63,011 nt of DNA, filler included, from Globobulimina sp. (GCA_003354225.1; 42 parts of 42 records of this genome joined end to end with filler, not necessarily neighbours in it), one strand, 5' to 3'. Positions 37,254-50,995 are shown, counted from the first letter of the whole stretch. Numbers and translations: made by a program. The notes: generated by a model from the sequence alone, not told the origin.

Positions 37254-37477
37254 GGTAAAATGTTTTGCATGCAGCATTCTGGTGTCGAACCGGACTTGAT
37301 CACTCAGGCCAAGGGTATTGCCGGTGGTATCCCAATCGCTGCGGTGACTGGTAAGGCATCCATTATGAATGCTCCACACTCGGGCGGATTGCGTGGTACG
37401 TATGGCGGCTCGCCTTTGGGCTGTGCAGCGGGTCTGGAAGTACTTAAAGTGATTACCGAGGAGCAACTTCTCGAACG
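37254..37477 (+). pseudogene. gabT: Bacterial-type 4-aminobutyrate aminotransferase fragment
   Basis: GKMFCMQHSGVEPDLITQAKGIAGGIPIAAVTGKASIMNAPHSGGLRGTYGGSPLGCAAGL (class III PLP lysine); no upstream coding part. Confidence 0.8.
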
Positions 37478-37601
37478 NNNNNNNNNNNNNNNNNNNNNNN
37501 NNNNNNNNNNNNNNNNNNNNNTTAATTAATTAANNNNNNNNNNNNNNNNNNNNNNNNNNNNNNNNNNNNNNNNNNNNCAATATATTGTAATTTATTTTAT
37601 A

Positions 37602-38826
37602 GGGCAGATTCAATCCAAATGAATTCAAAGCAGTGAAATTAAAGAAACATAAAAAAACAAAAGAGGAGCTCCAGAAAGAAAAAACAAAATTTGCAAAACA
37701 ATTATGTGAAAATGCAGATGATTATTACAGACTAGTCAAAGAAACATATTTTGAGAATTATTATGATAAAATTAAAGATCTTACCTTTGCCACAAAGTAT
37801 ATTGAATTAACCAAACAAGATTGTAACATATTGATGCATTTACATCAAGAATATATAAAATGGGATAAACAAAAACAAGCTCAAGAAAAAAAAGAAGAAA
37901 AAAAGGAAGAAAAAAAAGAAGAAATTGCAATAATAATTAACAAATATGACTATGATCGAAAAGATGTAGAAACTCTCATTAATAAAATCAATAAAACCAA
38001 ACAAGACTCAAATTGGAAACATATATTCATTCGAATGTCAATCCGTAGCCCAAAAGATGCAGCTTTAACGTCCATTAAATTCGCACAAATATTAAAAAGA
38101 GAATATGAGTCTTTACAGAAATGTCAAGGCATTGCAGCTCCAAAAGAGTTAGAAATATGTGGTGGGCATCGGGACGAATTATGGAGTGTCAATCAACGGA
38201 TCATTGCTTGTTACAGAGCACAAACCTTTGCACTCGCTTGTTGTGACGGGGAGGAAGCCATTGATTTATTAGTACGTTCGCCGCGAATTCAGGGCGATAT
38301 GAAATCGTATCTCGAGAATGAATATACTCAAAAATTCCAATTAGTTATCCGGAATTTTCAATTTTTTGATGTTTCGTTTGAATTTCGAGCCTTTATATAT
38401 AAGGCAAATATGACCGGTTTAACACAGTATAATGATTTATGTTATTTTGATGATTTGGTTCGATTTAAAGCGGAGATCAGTGAGAAAGTGCAGGTGTTTG
38501 TGGCGAGTGTGATGGATAGGATCGATTTGGAATCATTTGTGTTGGACATTGTATTGGTCGATGTGCATTATGATGGAGAAAGTGAGTGGCCGCCATTGAC
38601 AAAGGAGAGATTGAATAAGTTGAAAATAATGATAATTGAACTTAATCCATTGGCAGAATTTGCAGGCGGCGGATTATTTGAATGGAATAAAGATAAAGAT
38701 GTATTATTCGGTGATAAACCGTTTGAATTTAGGATTCAACAAAAATTATCATCGTATATTACGGCTGATTTGATGCCGGAATGGCATCCTTTTATTTTTG
38801 GAAGCAAAAAGAAAGTAATACGATAA
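37602..38826 (+). CDS. CDC123/D123-like ATP-grasp protein, 5' partial
   Basis: FIRMSIRSPKDA, EFRAFIYKANMTGLTQY, FVLDI, IIELNP...GGGLFEW. Confidence 0.85.
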
Positions 38827-39562
38827 ATAAAAATATAGATATAGATATATACACGATCCGACATTACATGTTTTTATCCTTGCACACAAATTAGAAAATC
38901 ACTCAAAAAATTTTGTGCCGCCATAAAAACATTGTGAACTATATCTTATTATTATGACGTTATCAGACAATTAATAGTANNNNNNNNNNNNNNNNNNNNN
39001 NNNNNNNNNNNNNNNNNNNNNNNTTAATTAATTAANNNNNNNNNNNNNNNNNNNNNNNNNNNNNNNNNNNNNNNNNNNNGGGCGGTCGGTCGGTCGGTCG
39101 GCCAGTCTAAATGCCTAATAGCAATATCAATGAATCACTTTGCGCGTCCACAAGAAGTGTTACTGGACTTTAACCCTTCCGATCTCAACTTGGTTTTTAC
39201 TCCGATCTGAACTTGGTTTTGCTCTCTAACGAGATAACGTTATGCTATGTTAAATTTTATGTATAAACAAACAGTATAGCTTGCCTGAAACTCGCTCTAC
39301 ATACTTGACTAACTTCACTATTGACTAATTAAATTTTCATTCATATTTACATTACATACTTGATTTTACACACAAATTGACTCTTTGAGAATTGACTATT
39401 ACTGAATAATACCTTACTCATTCATTACATTACTTGAATTGAAATACCAGCTACAAACTTTTACTGAATACCAACCTATATTTTAAACATTGTGTATAAC
39501 ACTCGAATTACTACTTTACTTCAAAGTCTTATTTATCATAATACAATTTGAATTTAGACAAA

Positions 39563-40481
39563 ATGTTATTGTGGCAGTTAAATTCTTCTCGTATTACACA
39601 GAATTACGCAATTTCAAATTTAGAGCCAAAATACAGTTGTGCTACGGATACACTTATTGACATTTTTTGCAATGCAGTTTTTCCGTACTGTCAACATTCT
39701 CTACTTTCAAAATTATACAGCGATTTGTCTGTGGAATGTCGTTTATGTCATTTACTTCTGAAAATGTTCTGGACGTATGCAAGTATTATAAGTGCGCCTG
39801 AATCAGGACATCTTACTGATTATACCTCCCATGAATTTCATGACAAACGTTTACGTTGTTCACTTGAGAAGGACGTAATTTGGGATTGGCTAGTAGAAAA
39901 TGACCCGCAAGGATTTGCAGTTCCATACAAAGGATCGACGAATGCATCACTTGACAATGCTATCCGTTTGTTTTGCCAGTCTGAGATTGTTCAAAAAGAG
40001 TTTGATTATAAAATAACATATGGCTGCAAAAATCAAAACTGCCAGTTCACTTTAAAACAATCTGGTTATCCATTATGTTTATCTGCTGAAAGTCATCTTA
40101 CTATTCAAGAAATGATTCAAAACACGATAAATGAGAGATGTCATCAACATGTTTGTAGTTTTTGTCAAACCGACACTTTGTGTATAAATAATGTAGAATT
40201 TGGTATTTTTCTCTTTATTTCTTTATCTGATCAGAATAATTTTCTTTCAAAGTCGAGTTCAGAAGAATTTCTAACTATTTACGGACAAACGTTTGAGTTG
40301 AAAGGAGCTGTTTTAAACGAAAATAAAATTCATTATATCCCAATTGCAAAAACCACCGATGATACATTTGCGGTACTTGATAATTTAAAAGATAAACCAT
40401 TGATTAAAAATGATTTCCGTGGGTGCCTAGCTGCAATTAATGTTATTGGCTTATCGGACGTTTGTTTGTTGATATATAAAA
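39563..40481 (+). CDS. USP/peptidase C19-like cysteine protease ORF, intronless, possibly transposon-borne
   Basis: SNLEPKYSCATDT (Cys box), CxxC pairs, LKGAV...HYI...VLDNL (His/Asp box). Confidence 0.55.
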
Positions 40482-40581
40482 NNNNNNNNNNNNNNNNNNN
40501 NNNNNNNNNNNNNNNNNNNNNNNNNTTAATTAATTAANNNNNNNNNNNNNNNNNNNNNNNNNNNNNNNNNNNNNNNNNNNN

Positions 40582-40716
40582 TTCAAATTTCTTATTTAAA
40601 TCTATATACGAGTCACTTAATCGAACCAGAGTACCTGGCAATTCCGCCATGATTTTGACATTTTCATCCAAATACAATTCTTTATATTGCTTTGAATTTG
40701 CTGTCGTTAGTGCCAT
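40582..40716 (-). CDS. 5' end of a hypothetical protein
   Basis: ATG at 40716 with frame open to the contig edge. Confidence 0.35.
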
Positions 40717-40769
40717 GCGCAAAAAATCGGTGATTTTTAAACAAAAACTCCAACACACTCGAGATAATC

Positions 40770-41983
40770 ATGGAAAACCAAATGAAAACGCATCATCAAC
40801 ATAATACCAGCGTACCTGTTGCAGCGTTACCCCCATCACCGCTTTCTGTGCCAACCCCGCAAGTCGCGAATATATCGCCATTGCCAGAGATTTCTCGTCC
40901 TAAATCTGAGTCAAACGTAGAAGTGTCACGTTTGAGAGAAGAATATAAAACCTATGTTAATGATTTATTAGATTGGACAGCAGCGCAAGAAGGCTTAGAC
41001 ATATATCAATTGAATGCTTTTTATACCGCAACGCATGAAATAGGTTATTATTGGCGAAATTATTGGAGAACATGCTGTGTACAATTTATTCAAACTGCTG
41101 GTTTAGCCATTTTATTATATCATGACTGGTTAGAAGGCACTGTGTCGGCTGAACTTGGATTAACTACAGAAACAAAAGGCTTTTGCGACACAAAAGGAGC
41201 TTTGTTAAGTATACGTATATTTGAATCAGCTCATGCATACAACGAATGAATAGCTAGTATATTAATTTCTAATTCTAACGTTTTTGACAGTTTTTTCATT
41301 GGGAAACAAAAAAATCAACACAATGTTTTGCAATCTTAGTGAAACAAAAATGTTTTGATTTTGATAGCAAGTTTTTCTCCATTTATGCATATTATATTTG
41401 TAAAAATAAATGATAGGGATTTGAAATTATTGGCATTCTTTTTATTGTCATTTTTATCGATTCGTTTGAGCGATCAAATTGCGTCAATGACCGAATATGG
41501 TTTATATTCATGGGGAGATAAAGTAAAATCGCCGCATTTTGTGAATTGGGGCTGGATCACTTATGGCTTAATTATAAATTATATTACTTTGGTATCGTCA
41601 TTTTTCATATCCGGTCTCGTTGTTTATAATGCGCGGACTCCGTTGGATATGATTTTAGATTTTGTTGCTTTGTATTTTATCATCGAATTAGATGATGAGA
41701 TGGTGACGTTTCGTGATTATAAAGATATTGAGGAATGGTTACAAGGCGAGGATGACAACGACAATGAGCATGACATAGAAAATAGAAATGACATAGATTC
41801 GCCGTATGAAGTATGGTTATATAGTGTGGCCATTGGGGAACATAAAGGGTTAACGAGTGTTGCTATTGATGAAGGAGACGACGATGAAGCTGAATATAAT
41901 GAAGCTGGATCGAGTTATGTTGCTGACACAGTGACTCGTATTGGTTCCGCGTGGAATGAATGTGGTATGAACACTATGCGTAA
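40770..41983 (+). CDS. Multi-pass membrane protein; intron about 41209-41416; partial
   Basis: Several TM segments and LDMILDFVALYFIIELDD motif. Confidence 0.65.
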
Positions 41984-42083
41984 NNNNNNNNNNNNNNNNN
42001 NNNNNNNNNNNNNNNNNNNNNNNNNNNTTAATTAATTAANNNNNNNNNNNNNNNNNNNNNNNNNNNNNNNNNNNNNNNNNNNN

Positions 42084-43182
42084 TCCAAAATATGTTGTAA
42101 TTTTGAGGATAAATCTTATTTCGATGTCAAATATGTACCAAACGTATTGGTATTGTGTGGCATAATTATTGACCCAGAGGTTTGTGGACTGTCTTATTCT
42201 GAAACAATGCAGAAAATATTTGCATATCTAACTGAAATGAATGAGACACAAAAACTATTTGAAGGTAATATTTTATTGAATGAAACAAAATTTATCAAAT
42301 AAACCACGAAATATTTTGTTATTTGATGGATTTATACGGCAAACTATTCCAAACGTAGTGGTTCCAATCGATATTCATCAAATTTATTTGTATTTTGGTG
42401 ATATGTTTAATAATAAAATCAATCGATGCATCAGTGAGTCATTAATAGATTTGTGGCTGGAAGGCGATGACAACGCAGCTCAGCCAATTATCGATGGTTT
42501 ATTTACAAAGAAGAATGATATTGAAACAATATTAAAATGTGTAAACTTTCTGAATGATAATCAACTTTATTCAGATAAAACTGTCATAAATCACAAAATA
42601 GTGAATCGAATTAATGAGTTTTTAGATTGGAATGATGATAAATTAGGAAAACAAGCATCCATTTTTGTGTTAAAAAATGGGAAATATTCAAATGAAGAGT
42701 TAGCGTACAAACAACAGTATGATTCCGATGATGCTATGAATGGTAGATATGAAGCATTTGCATTTTCTAATTATCCGTTATTATGGAGTTGGGATTGGAA
42801 CATGAATGATATTAACAATGATCTGAGCAAATTTAAATGGGAGAATGGCGCGGATTTATCACAGTTATCATCATTTTCAGATACTGCATCAGATAAATCC
42901 GGTGATTGTGGTTCATTTACTTGGAATTTAGAAAGGGGAAAAAGAGCAGTTTATGTGTCAAAAAAAAGAGCAAATATTAATAATTTGATGAGAACAAAAG
43001 TTGAGAAAGCAAAGGAAAGGAAGGAAGAAAATATTAATGAACAACCGACAGAGACAGAAAATGAATGGACTTCAGCATGGAAAATGCCATCAAATATGTC
43101 TATGGATGAGAATCATGTCACAGATGCAAATAATAATAATGATAAACCAACAAATTCCTTTAAATCTAATTGGGAATCATAG
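42084..43182 (+). CDS. Hypothetical protein, 5' partial
   Basis: 300-aa open frame with LLFDGFIRQ..VPIDIHQI motif. Confidence 0.5.
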
Positions 43183-43585
43183 CAAAACGTTAACTGACTT
43201 GTATTATAATGAATGTAACCAGGCATAAAATTGCTTTATAAGTGGTAGAATATACATTTCTTTCAGAAATCCTGTTAACAGCAACCAATATGCAGTTTTT
43301 TTTCTAACAAGGATATCTTATATATTCCTCAATACAGTTATTTGCCAGTCATCTTTATCTGAGTCAAGTCAGTAAAAAAACTTTCCGTCATCTTTAAGCC
43401 ATCAGCCTCTTGCTCATCATGTCAGCCCCCTGCCAAACAAAATCACGCTGTGAAGTAGAAAACATTATCGAGCGAACGCTCCTTCNNNNNNNNNNNNNNN
43501 NNNNNNNNNNNNNNNNNNNNNNNNNNNNNTTAATTAATTAANNNNNNNNNNNNNNNNNNNNNNNNNNNNNNNNNNNNNNNNNNNN

Positions 43586-43842
43586 ACAAAATAATCATAA
43601 ATATCTTTCTCTCCATATTTACCATACACTTTTCTTATTATCTCGGCTGCGCAAACACGCACTAATTGCAATTCTAACAATTTATTTAAGCGGACCATAT
43701 ATTCACATTCAAGAAAAACATTTTCTTCGTTTGCTGTCATATAATTGATACATTTATTAATATCTCCTTTATATTTACGTGTTGCTTCCAATGACTTTGT
43801 TTCATCGAATCCCATATTAATGAGTTGTTGATAAATTGACAA
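43586..43842 (-). CDS. UBA-domain protein, partial
   Basis: QQLINMGFDETKSLEATRKYKGDINKCINYM. Confidence 0.7.
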
Positions 43843-43993
43843 AGAACCTGTTTTTGTGTTTAGTAATTATATGGCTCATTTAGCTGCTTGCGTACATACC
43901 TTCGTGTAGTTCTTTTGAAAGTGTATTTCCCATTATTCCTTAATTAATTGTGATGTTTTTTTTAGTTTCTATGTTATACTCGTTTAGTTATAC

Positions 43994-44987
43994 ATGGACT
44001 CGTTTTTTCATTTTTTTTGGCGCATTAGCTCGTTAACGTTATGTTGGTATTTTGCATCTGCAAAAAATGAGATTTCTATCTACGCCGTAGCAAATCTCAA
44101 TGACCCAGTCCATATCACTATGGCTGCAGCGCAATGGTTAGCTATTAATGAAATCAACAACGATACATCTTTTCTGTCAAATTACACTCTCAAATTACAA
44201 ATCGCAGATTGCGAAGGAGATGCAAGCAAAGCATTAATTAATATCATTCCATTGGGTAATAACGCCGAATGTGCATCGAATACCACTACAAATGCAGGCA
44301 TATTTCCAATTACTTTAAGTGGTACAAGATCATCAATATCAGCTCTAACAACATCTGTTTTAAACGCAATGAATATCGCTCAGATTGCTGCGTCCTCCAC
44401 ATCAACAGATTTAAGCGATACACAAAAATATCCATATTTTTACAGAACAATTCCTTCCGATTTAATGCAAGCAAATGGTTTAATATTACTATGTAAACGA
44501 TTCAATTGGACAAAAGTAGGAAGTTAACTTTCTTCCTTATTCTGTTTGTAATCACTCTGCATAGTCTGCAATATATCATATGTTTTTTAGTTGTTTATAT
44601 TCATGACACGTACGGATTATCTTTGTCTGTCAAACTCCATCAGTTAGCAAAGGCCAATGATACCAACATCGATGTGACATCTGTCGCCATTTCATATGAA
44701 GAAGATAAGACGTATTCATATGCAGCCCATCAACTACGTGAACTAGAAATCTTTATAATTGTCGCTATTATTCATGGAGATAAACAAATAACATCTTTTT
44801 TTAAAACCTTTAATCAAAGCGGAATGCTTGGATATCCATATTATTATATTGGCGTCGATGCGTGGATTCATTCATCCTTCATTCAGACTGTCAATACAAA
44901 CACACCATCGCTAAAGAATAAAGTCGACGGATTTATTGGTTGCACCCCTTTCCAGCCACACAATTTTAACATTGATCAATACGATAA
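43994..44987 (+). CDS. Class C GPCR / ANF-receptor-type ligand-binding (Venus flytrap) domain; intron about 44518-44590; partial
   Basis: AINEINNDTSFLSNYTL, QIAASSTSTDLSDTQKYPYFYRTIPSD, FNWTK. Confidence 0.88.
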
Positions 44988-45087
44988 NNNNNNNNNNNNN
45001 NNNNNNNNNNNNNNNNNNNNNNNNNNNNNNNTTAATTAATTAANNNNNNNNNNNNNNNNNNNNNNNNNNNNNNNNNNNNNNNNNNNN

Positions 45088-45753
45088 ATGGTGAAAATAA
45101 CCGTGATGGACATAATGAAGAATTATTTCGAATATTGTATGTGGACCACTTGCTGTGGATTCCCACAAATTACGTTGGATGGAAATAAAAATGATTGGGT
45201 TAATTTGAAGAATAAATGTATTAAATTATTGAATGAAAAGGTGGATAGAAAATTAGGTGGACAATGGCAGGTTGCATTGATTCCGTTATTGGACAGATTT
45301 ATTGCGGCATTTGATGGTGATATTAATGCGTTATTTTGGAACTCGATGATTAAACGCGGCGCTACGTATGGTTCTGGTGCGAGCAGTTGGATTACGGGCT
45401 GGTTTAATATATTGTTTCCGTTTACAGCGCATGGCGGTGTTAATAGGTTTTGCGTTCCATTCGATTTTAAAAATGATTATGTTGAACAAGGGTTGCAATT
45501 GGAAACGAGTTTTACGTCTGGTTATGATACAGATAATTATGGTACGGGGATGGCATCAGCGCCGGTGGTCTGGATGTATTTAGGAAAGAAATTGGATCTT
45601 AAATTCATTGCAGGATTTATTGGATTTGTTCAGGATCCCAAGACATTTGAAATCTGTCCAAATGTGGATTGGTGTATAGCGCATGCAATGAGTGCAGAAC
45701 AAATTAAAGCGAAAAAAGAAGCAAAAAAGAAAAGAAATGCATGGGAATATTGA
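45088..45753 (+). CDS. DUF4419 family protein, C-terminal part
   Basis: CGFPQITLDGNKNDW...FWNSM...GSGASSWITGWFNILFP...FIAGFIG. Confidence 0.88.
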   Translation: MVKITVMDIMKNYFEYCMWTTCCGFPQITLDGNKNDWVNLKNKCIKLLNEKVDRKLGGQWQVALIPLLDRFIAAFDGDINALFWNSMIKRGATYGSGASSWITGWFNILFPFTAHGGVNRFCVPFDFKNDYVEQGLQLETSFTSGYDTDNYGTGMASAPVVWMYLGKKLDLKFIAGFIGFVQDPKTFEICPNVDWCIAHAMSAEQIKAKKEAKKKRNAWEY

Positions 45754-46589
45754 AGTATATTAATAAAATAAAAATTTATCTTTTTCCAATTTATATTTGC
45801 ATGTAATTAAGTTTCAAAATTTTTATCTTTTTCCAATTTACATTTTCACCATACAAATATATTTACTTTCTTTCTCTTTTCTGACTCTCTTGGTTGTAAT
45901 TTTCATTGTAGTTGTGACTGCAGTGTATTGTCGTGAGCGATTAACTCCAAAAGTTGAAGTCCGTCAGTCCGACCATCACAATGACAATTAGCTCAGTAGT
46001 GTGTGTGAATGAAGTCTGGGATCTTTATTTTTCATATACTCTCCAAATGACAGGCTCCGAATAACGTATAAATAAATAAATATAGCAACATGGTTCCATC
46101 GTAATATGACAACCAAACACAAAGAAGCGTTCATGGGAACAATAAACCTGTCCTCCTACAACAATTTATTTAAGTAAATGGCAGTGTAAAATGGTAATGC
46201 ATATATTATCGACGACGTTGATAAGATCCTCAATTAAGTTTCAAAAATGCAACAAGCAATAGGTTTTTGTGCATTCACTAAACGATATATTCCAAATGAT
46301 AACCCCCCCACGCTTTGAAAATACAGAAACTGTTTGCTATAGGTTTGTCTCCCTTACAAATCACAACATGATGTATTTGAAGCTCTCTTGGTGGTAACGT
46401 GTGAATGAAGTCTGGGATCATTGTCTTCAAAACTTTAAGAATCATAAATCCAAATGACAGGCTCCGAACAACAAATAGATAAATACAGCNNNNNNNNNNN
46501 NNNNNNNNNNNNNNNNNNNNNNNNNNNNNNNNNTTAATTAATTAANNNNNNNNNNNNNNNNNNNNNNNNNNNNNNNNNNNNNNNNNNNN

Positions 46590-47203
46590 TCTTTCATATC
46601 TATGCAAAACTGGACGGTGGCAATAAAATGGACATTGACGGTTTAACCGAAGCCTTAGCCCATTTTGGAATCATTATAAACACTGACAGAGCGTTTCAGA
46701 AATTTGTATTTAGCAAATTTGATATTGACAATGAAAAAGAAATTGATTATAACGATTTTATGGCGACAATGTCGTCGTTAATTGGCACCAAAAATGAAGA
46801 TTCATTGTTATTAATGTTCCAAATGTTTGATATTGATGAAGACGGATATTTGAATATGGAGGACATGGCCCGGATATTATTAGCACAGAACCATATCGCT
46901 GTGGTGTTAACGGGGCAACAACCGAGCAAAGGACAGTCGCGTATGAAGAAAAGGCATTTTTTAAAATTAGCAAGCAAAATAATCACAAAATATCAGGTTG
47001 AAAATTATAATCACGATAAGATATCTTATGATGAATATGCTGCGATGATGATGAGTTTGACTGAACAGGATATGATCATTGATAATATGGCATTATCTAT
47101 TTCCATCTCAGCGAGTCCGACTGGTGGATCTAACTCGAATAAATTTAAAAATAGTCCTGTTTATACACCAAATCAAAATGAATTGCACACCAAACCAAAC
47201 TAA
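46590..47203 (+). CDS. EF-hand calcium-binding protein (calcineurin B/recoverin-like), 5' partial
   Basis: FDIDNEKEIDYNDF and FDIDEDGYLNMEDM loops. Confidence 0.85.
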
Positions 47204-48091
47204 ATGAGATATATTTTTGTATTAATATTATAAATTATATATTTGTTTGCTTGTTTTTGTGATGTTGTTTTTTGGGATGTTGTTTTTTGTTGTTTGTTGC
47301 ATTGAACATGTGTTTTCGATCCGTATTAATAAGTGATTCAAATTCATTTTCCGACTGCTATAGGTTATCTATCAAAAGTCATCGTTTACGTGTAAATTGA
47401 GATCAAAAACTCGAAATAATTATCATGACAAAAATATCATGGGTTTTTCTTCCAATCCGCAGCAATTCCCAGAAAACCGCGAGCGTTTTTCATAGATAAA
47501 ATATTAATACGGATCCCCAGACAGCCAAAATTACACCCATAAATCCAATATAAATACCACCAATTAACACCACCATATTTACTGTTCACTTTTTCACCAT
47601 AAAAAGTAACGAGTCTAACGACTACTGTCGACACACTTGATACAATAATAAATATCCGTCACTTGATAATACAAATTCCGAAAGCACTGACTATGGGATT
47701 CGGACCGTTTTTTATAATGGAAATATTGGTGCTGTATCGGACATATAGGTATCAGATGAAAGCTGAGATTGAGCTTTATCAAGTAATGGAATAATTGTAT
47801 CTATTTGTCGGTTTTCAGGGAAATGCTGCGGATTTGACGAAAAATCCTCGGCTGGATAGGACTATCTATATATAATTTACAACTGAAAAGAAATTACTAC
47901 AGTTTTTAAAACAGTATTGTTGAATTAAGTTTTTTTCCTTAATATTTTTGCTTTCATCACAATATTAAAAGCCTTTTGAAAATGTTTGTGANNNNNNNNN
48001 NNNNNNNNNNNNNNNNNNNNNNNNNNNNNNNNNNNTTAATTAATTAANNNNNNNNNNNNNNNNNNNNNNNNNNNNNNNNNNNNNNNNNNNN

Positions 48092-48290
48092 CAGCAGACA
48101 AACCCGCCGGCCCTCCACCAACAATTACCACATCAAATTCCATCTCTTCAGCTGCTATTTCTGCCATTCTTGTTGTGCAAAAGTGCTTTCTTAAATGCTG
48201 TAATTGTTGTTGTTCAAGTAATGAGTATCGGCATATTAACGACTTTGATCTCACCTTTTTAGCTATATTTTGAGCAAATCTGTTGAACAT
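48092..48290 (-). CDS. ETFDH: Electron transfer flavoprotein-ubiquinone oxidoreductase, mitochondrial, 5' end
   Basis: Transit-peptide-like N-terminus, then EEMEFDVVIVGGGPAGLSA. Confidence 0.7.
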
Positions 48291-48546
48291 GGTAATAATA
48301 ATAGTGTGATTTAATTGTTGTTTGATGAGTAGAAAAGGTGACCGTAGAAAACCTTTCAGTTGGAAGGCAAGTACCAATCATGACTTCGTCACAAAAAAGC
48401 AATGAAAAAAGCAGTGAAGAAAACAAATCGAACACCAATGATGTTTATCAACTACAAAGTGTGTTTCTTATTTCATTGTCGCTTCATTCGACGTTTTAAT
48501 TCAAATAACACTTAAACAAAACAACGAAGAACAAAAAATAAAAAAT

Positions 48547-49493
48547 ATGCAACAAACATTGAAGACAGTATTCAAGAGACATCCAAACGACCCACACACA
48601 AATTTATATCCAACAATCGAAGATAAAAATGATTATTTAGAATGCACAGACGCTCAATTTGCAGCATATCGTTTTGATTATAATAACATGGCTCAAGCAA
48701 CGCAATATTTACTTGAAAATGGCTATGTTGTAATTAAAAATGTGTTAAACCCCTCAGATATTGAAAAGGGCAAATCTTTGTTCTGGGACTTTGTCTCCAC
48801 AAAATCCATTGGTTGGAAAAGAAACGATTATAAAACATGGAATATATATAAAATTGGCGGCGAATTACATAACGGTTTGATTTGGGGCAAAGGAATGGGA
48901 CAATCTGAATTCCAATGGTTTGGGCGTAGACATCCGAAGGTTTTAAACATATTCGCAACATTATGGAGTCACAAATCCTTCCCAAAAAACAAAAATGTTA
49001 ATTTTTTAGGATCATTGGATGAGGACGACAGTGATATCGATATCAATGAAGATAGCAAACAAAAAGAAGAGCAAATTATTGATCCAAATACGGATTTATT
49101 AACTTCGTTCGATGGGATCGGCTTATTTACGCCGTGGTATTTAACGAATGAATGCGACCGAACAAACAGTGGATGGTATCATATTGATCAGAATGTTCGT
49201 GCAAAGCCAGGCATTCATACAATTCAAGGATATCTTAGTTATTATGACGAAAATGAGTCGACCGGTTCGACTGTGTTCATTCCAAAAACACATTTAACGG
49301 TTCGGGAAACACTGAAAATCAATTCGAGGATCGGCGATTTTATCTCCATTCGAAAGAGTACTGGCTGTAAACTGTTAGATTCGTCGCAGTATAAAAAGAT
49401 ATTACTTTGTTGCGACGCGGGTGATATGGTTTTGTGGGATTCGAGGACTGTGCATCCTAGTCCGACTCCTTTATTATCCGCGGATGAGATGCC
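48547..49493 (+). CDS. Phytanoyl-CoA dioxygenase (PhyH) family protein, partial
   Basis: GYVVIKNVL, WYHIDQN, IPKTH, AGDMVLWDSRTVH. Confidence 0.88.
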
Positions 49494-49593
49494 NNNNNNN
49501 NNNNNNNNNNNNNNNNNNNNNNNNNNNNNNNNNNNNNTTAATTAATTAANNNNNNNNNNNNNNNNNNNNNNNNNNNNNNNNNNNNNNNNNNNN

Positions 49594-50995
49594 AAACATG
49601 TGCCATAGCAGTCTTGTTCGATAATGTCTTGTATGCGGACATAATAGCAATCCAAAGGAGAGAGTGTCGGCGTTGGCACATAATATGAGTCTGAAACATC
49701 ATATCCTAAAACACATGAGGCTGTGGATTGGCTATCATTGAGATCTCCAATACATCCAACTGTTACTGACGAACACGGAAATGTTATATTATCATATTGT
49801 CGACTGATTTGTGCGCGGATTTGCGTATCATTCATATTTTCTCGCCATGGAATTGATTTGTCTGCAATTTGACAATCGATATATTTACTGCTTCCATCTT
49901 CTGATTGCCAGCCATAACCGTTGTCAAATAGGATATTTTCTGATGATGCATATAATGTTAAAAATGTAGTTCTGTGATCTTCAACTTTAATATCAATATT
50001 CTCGCATGAATTATAATCAACACACGAAATACTTGTGGATGCATTGCCAGATATACCAATTTCCATATTCTGGCATGATGTGCTATCTCCACATTGAATG
50101 CGTATCGTCTCTGCTCCAGCTTGTATGGATAATTTGCTCCCATCACACGATTGATCGCCATCACATATAACATCCACCGCAGTACACCCAATCATTGTGA
50201 TCTCCGCTTTAAAACATGACAAAGTGCTATTACATAAAATATTACATATGCTATTATTTCGAAATTCAATTATACTCTGAAAGCACGACACAGAGCCGCT
50301 ACATTCCAATTGTTGCTGTTCATCATCCCTCAAAAAAACGTCCGTTTGTAAGTATTGTGCGTCCACAGCAGATATAATTTGCTCGCTGGATACAGACACA
50401 TTGAATAATAAAACCTCTCTCGCCACATATCCCTTTTCCTCATTACTTAGATCACCACTAACATCTAAACACGTGGTTGGTGGCTGCGTAGGCGCAGTGC
50501 TTGGCGCATTAGTCGGTGTTTGCGTCGCTATCCACACCGACCCTTCAGCCTCCCGTTCATAAATATGCACAGAACCAGCTCCCGAGACAATACTGCTATC
50601 AGTCCTAGTGCCTATAATCAGAGTATTACCATATACGGCCACTCCCTGTTGAAATCCTGCTTGTCCGTTGGCAACATTTGGCTGTATATTTGTTGTAAAA
50701 ATCCAGTAATCGACAGTTGCATCATATTCCCACACATATCCGGCACCAGAATTACTTCCCGCGGCATCATTGTAGTATGCGCCGACAAACAAAACATTAT
50801 TACCCACGGCAACCGACAAACCGAACGAATCCCCAGGATTGCTATCATTAGACGCAACCGCTTGTTTTTGCATCCATGCTGCCGCACTGCTGTTATATTG
50901 AAAAATATACACTTTTAATGCCCAATCTGCTCCCACGGCAATGGTCTGCGTCCCACTGTCAATCGACACTGCAGCACCAAACATTGCATTGCCGC
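49594..50995 (-). CDS. FG-GAP repeat surface protein with Pro/Thr linker and Cys-rich repeats, internal fragment
   Basis: FGAAVSI, FGLSVAV, GAGSVHIY; PTNAPSTAPTQPPT; CxGxxSC repeats. Confidence 0.82.

Noticed and set aside
47437..47860. Minus-strand membrane-protein-like remnant
   Set aside because: Multiple stops and no family assignable; at most an unidentifiable pseudogene
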